This document shows positions 57,631 to 64,000 of a stretch of DNA of 64,000 nt, one piece after another. Below the pieces are notes generated by a model that did no database searches, was not told where the DNA came from, and saw only the letters and a list, made by a program, of their open reading frames with translations. The DNA is from Bacteroidota bacterium (GTDB taxonomy: Bacteria > Bacteroidota > Bacteroidia > JABDFU01): contig JABDEY010000003.1 in NCBI GenBank assembly GCA_013286805.1, positions 49 through 64,048 of the forward strand, in the 5' to 3' direction. The stretch's first letter is position 1. Each line of letters opens with the position of its first letter. Made by a program: the position numbers and the translations under genes.

Positions 57631-57926
57631 AAACCCTTTTATTAGTGTTTAACGTATTCCCCGGAAAATTGTTTCAATTTAAACGAATTGTCCTTAAAAT
57701 ACGCTGATTTCTCTATTTTTCAAAGCTAAGCACTCGTTTGAATTACCTGTTTCCGCTTACTATCTATTTATGAACAATTACTTGTTGAATTTGTTGATAA
57801 TTCCGAACTTGTACCCACCTTGCAGAAGATGCCAATTAACTACCTTCGGAACCTTTGTTCCTGAATATCATCAATAATTATACCAAGGCATAAACTGACA
57901 AATTATACAAGACATAAACTGACAAA

Positions 57927-60572
57927 ATGAGCGGAGAAAAAATCATACAGATTAACATTGAAGATGAAATGAAAACGGCTTATATCGATTATTCGATGTC
58001 GGTTATTGTTTCAAGGGCTCTTCCGGATGTACGTGACGGGTTAAAACCTGTTCACCGCAGGGTATTGTTTGGCATGCTGGATCTGGGGGTCATGTCTAAC
58101 CGCCCCTATAAGAAATCTGCCCGTATTGTGGGAGAAGTGCTTGGAAAGTATCATCCGCACGGGGATACTTCTGTTTATGATACAATGGTTAGAATGGCTC
58201 AATACTGGAGCCTGAGATATACACTTATTGACGGACAGGGTAATTTTGGTTCTGTGGACGGTGATCCGCCTGCTGCCATGCGTTATACAGAAGCCAGATT
58301 GCGCAAAATAGCAGAGGAAATGTTGGTTGATATAGAGAAGGATACAGTTGATTTCCGCCCCAATTTTGATGATTCATTAACTGAACCAACTGTTCTTCCT
58401 ACCCGCATACCCAACTTGCTGATTAACGGAGCTGCCGGAATTGCTGTTGGTATGGCTACCAATATGCCCCCGCATAACCTGTCGGAAGTTATTGATGCGA
58501 CGATCGCCTACATTGATAACCGTTCTATAGATATCGATGGTTTGATGAAATATGTGAAAGCTCCTGATTTCCCTACGGGCGGATCCATATATGGCTACGC
58601 GGGTGTAAAGGAAGCCTTTCATACCGGAAGAGGACGAATTGTCATGCGCGCCAAATCCAATATAGAAACGCTTGCAAATGGCCGGGAACGCATTATTGTC
58701 AATGAGATTCCCTACCAGATCAATAAAGCTGATATGATTAAAAAAACAGCTGATCTGGTAAATGATAAAAAGATTGAGGGTATTTCGGATATACGTGATG
58801 AGAGTGACAGGGATGGGATGCGCATCGTGTATGAACTCAAGAAAGATGCAATTGGGAATGTGGTTTTGAATAACCTGTACAAGCAAACAGAGCTTCAGTC
58901 CTCTTTCAGTGTCAATAATATTGCATTGGTCGCTGGACGACCAATGATGCTGAATTTAAAAGATCTGGTGGTGCATTTTGTGGATCACCGCCACGACGTA
59001 GTTATCCGTCGTACCAAATATGATCTTTCACAGGCTGAAAAACGTGCCCATATACTACAGGGCTATCTGATTGCACTGGACAACCTGGATGCCGTCATTA
59101 AACTGATACGCGAATCGGCTACGCCCAACGATGCTCAAATAGGGTTGATGAACAATTTCAGCCTCTCTGAAGTTCAGGCCAAGGCGATACTTGAACTGAG
59201 ACTAAGGGTGCTTACCAGTCTGGAAAGTGACAAAATTAAGGAAGAGTACAATAATCTGATGGAACTGATCAAATATCTGAAAGAGGTACTGGAAGACGAA
59301 GTGCTTAGAATGGAAATTATTAAGGATGAGTTGCGTGAAGTGAAGGAAAAATATGGCGATGAACGTAAAACAGAAATAATTTTTGCCAGTGATGATATCC
59401 GGATGGAAGATATGATTGCAGATGAGGATGTGGTTATTACGATTTCCCATATGGGTTATATTAAACGGACGATTCTGGCTGAATACAGGACTCAGGGAAG
59501 AGGTGGAGTGGGTTCTAAAGGAACTGCTACCCGTGATGAAGATTTTCTGGAGCATCTGTTTGTTGCTTCTACGCATAATTACCTGATGTTTTTTACAGAA
59601 CAGGGACGTTGCTTCTGGTTGAGGGCTTATGAAATACCGGAGGGAACTAAATCGTCCAAAGGAAGAGCAATACAAAACCTGATCAATATTCCTCCGGATG
59701 ATAAAGTGAAGGCGTATATCAATGTGAAAAATCTGGCTGACGCCGATTACCTGAAAAATAATTTTATCATTATGTGTACCAAACAAGGTACTATTAAGAA
59801 GACTACACTGGAAGCCTATTCCCGTCCACGTCAAAATGGGATCAATGCCATCACCATACATGAAGGGGACAGTCTGTTGGAAGCCAAACTGACCAATGGA
59901 AAATGCGAGATTATGCTGGCTACAAAATTGGGCAAGGTAGTTCGTTTTAATGAGGTGAAAGTAAGGCCTATGGGGCGTAATGCCTCCGGTGTACGCGGAG
60001 TAAATCTGGACGACGAAGCAGGAAATACGAACGAGGTGATTGGCATGATTGCCTTGCCTGATCCTTCAGTAAACGTGCTGGTGGTTTCGGAGAAAGGTCT
60101 GGGTAAACGCTCTGAACTGGAAGAATACCGGGTGACAAACAGAGGTGGAAAAGGGGTAAAGACTTTGAATATTTCCGAAAAAACAGGGGCTTTGGTAGCG
60201 ATTAAGGATGTTACGGATAAAAATGACCTGATGATTATTACTAAATCGGGTATTGCGATACGTTTGCCGGTTGTTGATTTACGTGTGATGGGGAGAGCTA
60301 CACAAGGTGTGAGGCTAATCAACCTGAAGGATGACGATGAAATTGCTGCGGTGACGAATGTGGATTCGGATGAGGTGGTTTTGAACGAGGGTGGAGTAGA
60401 TGGTGGGATAAGCAATGGGGCGGGAAGTCAACCAGGTGAATCGGCAAATGAAGACTCAGGTTTGTCCAGAGAGGGTTCAGGCCAACATGGAGAGAAGAGA
60501 GAAGGAGACAATGATTCGGGATCAGATCAGAATAACGAGCCTGGTTCAGCTGATGATACTACGATAGAATAA
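57927..60572 (+). CDS. gyrA: DNA gyrase subunit A
   Basis: 881 aa with [11 protein letters not shown], the active-site [10 protein letters not shown], and the GyrA box [10 protein letters not shown]. It has an acidic low-complexity C-terminal tail. Confidence 0.93.
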   Translation: MSGEKIIQINIEDEMKTAYIDYSMSVIVSRALPDVRDGLKPVHRRVLFGMLDLGVMSNRPYKKSARIVGEVLGKYHPHGDTSVYDTMVRMAQYWSLRYTLIDGQGNFGSVDGDPPAAMRYTEARLRKIAEEMLVDIEKDTVDFRPNFDDSLTEPTVLPTRIPNLLINGAAGIAVGMATNMPPHNLSEVIDATIAYIDNRSIDIDGLMKYVKAPDFPTGGSIYGYAGVKEAFHTGRGRIVMRAKSNIETLANGRERIIVNEIPYQINKADMIKKTADLVNDKKIEGISDIRDESDRDGMRIVYELKKDAIGNVVLNNLYKQTELQSSFSVNNIALVAGRPMMLNLKDLVVHFVDHRHDVVIRRTKYDLSQAEKRAHILQGYLIALDNLDAVIKLIRESATPNDAQIGLMNNFSLSEVQAKAILELRLRVLTSLESDKIKEEYNNLMELIKYLKEVLEDEVLRMEIIKDELREVKEKYGDERKTEIIFASDDIRMEDMIADEDVVITISHMGYIKRTILAEYRTQGRGGVGSKGTATRDEDFLEHLFVASTHNYLMFFTEQGRCFWLRAYEIPEGTKSSKGRAIQNLINIPPDDKVKAYINVKNLADADYLKNNFIIMCTKQGTIKKTTLEAYSRPRQNGINAITIHEGDSLLEAKLTNGKCEIMLATKLGKVVRFNEVKVRPMGRNASGVRGVNLDDEAGNTNEVIGMIALPDPSVNVLVVSEKGLGKRSELEEYRVTNRGGKGVKTLNISEKTGALVAIKDVTDKNDLMIITKSGIAIRLPVVDLRVMGRATQGVRLINLKDDDEIAAVTNVDSDEVVLNEGGVDGGISNGAGSQPGESANEDSGLSREGSGQHGEKREGDNDSGSDQNNEPGSADDTTIE

Positions 60573-60583
60573 TTGTTTGTGTA

Positions 60584-60604
60584 AATTAAGCACCGTTCGT
60601 CGCT
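60584..60604 (+). repeat. 21-nt repeat, family 2, copy downstream of gyrA
   Basis: aattaagcaccgttcgtcgct matches 48426..48446 at 20 of 21 positions. Confidence 0.6.
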
Positions 60605-60674
60605 GCCGGTAAATCGACTTACACACTTTCTGCCCTCTCGATTTCCTGAAGGCTGGTCGGCCCAGGATCTGGCT

Positions 60675-60695
60675 CAAACAGCCTGAGGCTGTTTG
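60675..60695 (+). other. Perfect 9-bp stem / 3-nt loop hairpin inside the gyrA-M16 spacer
   Basis: caaacagcc tga ggctgtttg. It is not followed by a T-tract, so it is not a canonical intrinsic terminator. Confidence 0.6.
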
Positions 60696-60798
60696 CCCTC
60701 TCTGCTACTTAATTTACCTGGATGTAAGAACATTTTTTAGCCCTGAAATGAATAATTCTACTATTTTTGGTGAAAATTTAATAAATACCTTATTCCGT

Positions 60799-63681
60799 AT
60801 GACGAACTCTATTCGAAAAACATTATTTACTGCGGCATTGTTTACTGCTTCAATTGCTGTTGTCAGTGCCCAGTCAACACTCGTTGATAAAATTGAACCC
60901 AGCGCGGATGGCTTGACTATCCCTTACTCAAAATACAAATTGCCTAACGGTCTGGTTGTTATGGTTAATGAAGACCATTCTGATCCTGTGGCTACTGTTA
61001 TGATTACCTATAAGGTAGGATCCGACAGGGAGAGTATAGGTAAATCGGGGTTTGCCCACTTTTTTGAACATATGATGTTTGGAGGTTCTAAGCACCTCGC
61101 GGATAAACAGCATTTCAGGATGATCAGTGCAGCAGGTGGTAACATGAATGGAAATACCACTGAAGACCGCACTCAGTATTTTAATAATATTCCCAGCAAT
61201 CAGGTAGAAGTTGCGCTCTGGCTGGAAGCTGACCGTATGGGCTATTTGCTGGATTCACTGACACAGAAGAAATTCGAAATTCAAAGATCCACAGTCAAAA
61301 ATGAAAAATCACAGAACCAGGTTAATCAACCTTATGGCATGATTGAGGAATTTATGGGTCAGACTTTATATCCTTATGGCCATCCCTATAGCTGGCCGAC
61401 TATTGGTTATGTGGATGATCTGGACAGGGAATCCTTAGGTGATTTGAAAAATTTCTTTCTGCGCTGGTACGGACCTAATAATGCTATCTTAACGATTTCA
61501 GGTGACGTGGATTCCAAACAGATCATGACCTGGGTAGAAAAATATTTCGGGAACATCAAACAAGGCCCGGAGGTAAAAAAATTGAGGGTGGCTCCTGTTA
61601 CACTTGCCAGTGATAAATACTTTAGCTACAAGGATAAGGTATATCTGCCACTGACTTACCGGGTTTATCCAACTGTTCCAAAATTTCATAAAGATGAGCC
61701 TGCTTTGGATGTTTTGGGGGAGATGATGGGGGGAGGTAATAACTCAATTTTTTATAAGAATTTTGTTAAAACTGAAAGGGCTGCTTCGGTTGAAATTGGC
61801 AATCAGACAAAAGAGTTGTCTGGTGAATTTGCCATCGCTGTTTTCCCATACCCGCCTGATGAGGCTTTTGAGGATTATACGGCATATGATAAAATGTTTA
61901 AGCTGACAGAGGACAGTATTAAGTCCACGCTTAACCAATTTGAAAAGACGGGTATTACAGATGAAGCGCTTCAACGTGTGAAAGCTAAATTAGAAGCTCA
62001 GATTGTCGGAGGTGCGGAAAGCACTTATGCCAAAGCTGCCATGCTTTCTGAATGGGAAATGGTTCTTGGCCGTCCATTTAATATTAAGGATGAATTAGAC
62101 AGGTATTCGAAAGTATCTAAAGAAGATGTGATAAGAGTTTTCAATAAATATATCAAAGGTGCCGGTGCCGGAGTTGTTAATGTGTACCCCCGTATTTCAG
62201 ATAAGGATTCCGTAAAAAGTAACAATCCGAATGCAGGAATGGTTTTGAAAGAAGAGCCAGAATATGCCGGTCTTTCTTTTGTTCCGCTTTCAGATACTCC
62301 CGACAGATGGAAAAAGCCAGAGCCTCAGGCGCCCAAAGTTGCCAAGGTTCCCGAATATTATACTTCACAGCTTAAAAACGGATTGAAAATTATTGGAACC
62401 AAGACTTCTGAAACTCCTACTATTGAAATTCTGCTTACAATTGACGGTGGAAATCTTATTCTGAATTCAGATGAGTTAAAGAAGAACGGAATAGCTGAAC
62501 TGACTGCCGATTTGCTAAATGAGGGAACCAAAAATTTCACTACCGAACAAATTAGTGCTGAATTGGATAAACTGGGTGCTACGGTAACTTTTTCTGCAGA
62601 TAAAACAACTTCCCGCGTGACTGTTTCCTGTCTGAAAAAAAATCTGGATGCTACACTTAAGCTTTTTGAAGAAAAATTACTTAAGCCGAGATTTGATGAA
62701 AAAGATTTTAAGCGTGTGAAAAAACAATTAAAAGAAAACCTGGCTCAACAGAAGAGTAATGCTGACTATGTGGCCTCAGCAGCCTTTTCTTCTGTGTTAT
62801 ACGGTAACTCTATCTGGGGATTGAATCCGGTTAAAAAGAATATTGAAAAACTGGAACTGGCTCAGGTAAAGTCTTATTATGATAAATTCTATTCACCAAG
62901 TGTTGCCCGTCTGGTAATTGTTGGTGATGTGGATCAAGCCGAGATACTTCCCAAACTGGAGTTTTTAAACAGCTGGCAGGCAAAAGAAGTGAAGATTAAC
63001 AGTGCTGTTTCTACTACTGAAGTTGATCCTGTGGTTTATGTGGTGGATAAAATGGGTGCTCCTTCTTCTGTTGTCCGGATTGGAAGCCCTTCTATTCCAT
63101 ATGATGCTACCGGGGAGTATTTCAAGAATTCTGTGGCCAATTTTATGCTTGGAGGAAACTTTAACTCCCGCCTTAACCTTAATTTGCGGGAAGACAAGGG
63201 CTATACATATGGCATTAGTTCCGGATTCAGGGCCGATAAATACAAGGGTACTTTTGTAATTGGGGCTGCTGTGAAACGTAAGGAAACGGGTCATTCCATG
63301 TCGGAAATTATGAAAGAAGTGCAGAATTACATGAAGAATGGCGTTACAGATGCGGATGTTGAATTTACCAAGAGCTGCATATTAAATCAGGATGCAATGA
63401 AGTATGAGACCAAGAACAACAAAGCTAATTTTCTGGGTAAAGTTCTTGAATTTAATTTAAGCAAGGATTTTCCTGCACAACAGGCCCAGGTGTTAAAGGC
63501 CATGACTAAGGAGGATTTCAATAATCAGATTAAGAAGGCGATTGATCCCACTAAAACAGCTATTGTTATTGTCGGGGATAAGGTGGCTATAAAGAAACAA
63601 CTGGAGTCGCTTAATATTAATGTGAAGGATTTTAATGAGAAGCTGAACCTGAAAAAGTTTAAGGAAGTGGATGTGGACTAG
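60799..63681 (+). CDS. Peptidase M16 (pitrilysin/insulinase family), fused two-module form
   Basis: The inverted zinc motif is HFFEHMMF (HxxEH) with a downstream E, and there is a second M16-like inactive half. The signal peptide follows Met-18 (MTNSIRKTLFTAALFTASIAVVSAQ), so I prefer 60799 to 60748. Confidence 0.82.
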   Translation: MTNSIRKTLFTAALFTASIAVVSAQSTLVDKIEPSADGLTIPYSKYKLPNGLVVMVNEDHSDPVATVMITYKVGSDRESIGKSGFAHFFEHMMFGGSKHLADKQHFRMISAAGGNMNGNTTEDRTQYFNNIPSNQVEVALWLEADRMGYLLDSLTQKKFEIQRSTVKNEKSQNQVNQPYGMIEEFMGQTLYPYGHPYSWPTIGYVDDLDRESLGDLKNFFLRWYGPNNAILTISGDVDSKQIMTWVEKYFGNIKQGPEVKKLRVAPVTLASDKYFSYKDKVYLPLTYRVYPTVPKFHKDEPALDVLGEMMGGGNNSIFYKNFVKTERAASVEIGNQTKELSGEFAIAVFPYPPDEAFEDYTAYDKMFKLTEDSIKSTLNQFEKTGITDEALQRVKAKLEAQIVGGAESTYAKAAMLSEWEMVLGRPFNIKDELDRYSKVSKEDVIRVFNKYIKGAGAGVVNVYPRISDKDSVKSNNPNAGMVLKEEPEYAGLSFVPLSDTPDRWKKPEPQAPKVAKVPEYYTSQLKNGLKIIGTKTSETPTIEILLTIDGGNLILNSDELKKNGIAELTADLLNEGTKNFTTEQISAELDKLGATVTFSADKTTSRVTVSCLKKNLDATLKLFEEKLLKPRFDEKDFKRVKKQLKENLAQQKSNADYVASAAFSSVLYGNSIWGLNPVKKNIEKLELAQVKSYYDKFYSPSVARLVIVGDVDQAEILPKLEFLNSWQAKEVKINSAVSTTEVDPVVYVVDKMGAPSSVVRIGSPSIPYDATGEYFKNSVANFMLGGNFNSRLNLNLREDKGYTYGISSGFRADKYKGTFVIGAAVKRKETGHSMSEIMKEVQNYMKNGVTDADVEFTKSCILNQDAMKYETKNNKANFLGKVLEFNLSKDFPAQQAQVLKAMTKEDFNNQIKKAIDPTKTAIVIVGDKVAIKKQLESLNINVKDFNEKLNLKKFKEVDVD

Positions 63682-63708
63682 TAGGTATTATCGTTGAGTA
63701 AATTGAAG

Positions 63709-63741
63709 AAGGTCTTCTCCCATAAAGAGAAGGCCTTTTTT
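63709..63741 (+). terminator. Rho-independent terminator downstream of the M16 peptidase gene
   Basis: The 11-bp stem aaggtcttctc / gagaaggcctt (one G-U pair) has loop ccataaa and is followed by TTTTT. Confidence 0.75.
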
Positions 63742-63832
63742 GCATTTAGATGGGAAAGTTTTTTTATTTTTAGAGGAGAATAGTGATTGATTTTAAAAGG
63801 GATAGTTTTATAAAAATTAAAAGGAAATATTT

Positions 63833-64000
63833 ATGTTTAAAATGAAATTTTTGACAGTAGTGATCATTGCCGGCTCGGCCGGAATGTTTGGACAAAGCAA
63901 CAATGTGCAAAATGCCTGGAATTACCTGAGATCAAAGGATTTGGACAAGGCTAAAGCTGCCATCGATCTGGCTGCCGTACATGAGGATACCAAAAGCAAA
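63833..64000 (+). CDS. Partial exported protein of unknown function (N-terminal 56 codons)
   Basis: ATG at 63833 gives MFKMKFLTVVIIAGSAGMFGQ (signal peptide). The frame stays open to the window end. The next residues look like a TPR/helical start (AWNYLRSKDLDKAKAAIDLA). Confidence 0.55.
   Translation, partial: MFKMKFLTVVIIAGSAGMFGQSNNVQNAWNYLRSKDLDKAKAAIDLAAVHEDTKSK

Noticed and set aside
58377-60415. Large antisense ORFs inside conserved genes. In gyrA these are 58377..58886, 59202..59861 and 59831..60415. Similar cases are 19232..19786 in parC, 17209..17655 in parE, 49342..49926 in the arginase-family gene and 37642..38085 in the desulfurase gene.
   Set aside because: Each is fully contained in a strongly conserved gene on the other strand. 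Their translations are low-complexity or Cys/Phe/Ile-rich with no recognisable motifs.

Overview
This 64-kb segment looks like core chromosome from a Bacteroidota genome, roughly 40% GC by eye outside the first 6.4 kb. The lineage call rests on ribosomal protein THX, a GWxTD protein, a split transketolase, the divergent tsaD/TamB pair, Bacteroidota-type ParE/ParC and a T9SS-style repeat adhesin. I call 44 protein-coding genes (two partial at the window edges), one tRNA-Ser(UGA), one clear intrinsic terminator and several repeat features.

Most genes are housekeeping: parE-parC, gyrA, clpC, ychF, tsaD, fmt, rlmI, rsmE, pdxH, glmM, aroQ, aroE, xerD, a NifS-like desulfurase, and M16 and M61 peptidases. 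I saw no CRISPR array, rRNA, transposase, phage gene or recognisable defence gene.

Items worth a second look:
- A minus-strand ORF of more than 2127 codons at 1..6381 is missing from the ORF track because it runs off the window. It encodes a giant exported repeat protein. It carries five ~94%-identical 279-bp tandem units at the window edge, an alternating two-subtype Ig-like super-repeat, and a ~380-aa core domain I cannot assign.
- An exported TPR/Ig-like/caspase (C14-like) protein is followed, apparently with translational coupling, by a beta-propeller/TM/PP2C (SpoIIE) sensor phosphatase.
- A tightly overlapping five-gene operon runs TPR, phosphosulfolactate synthase (ComA), rhodanese, DedA, AroE.
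- A VWA gene sits between the two halves of the split transketolase.
- Several short repeat families are dispersed in intergenic regions, and three stem-loops with CAAAAT loops cluster at 54.1-54.3 kb.

All similarity and identity statements are by-eye estimates. No database searches were run.
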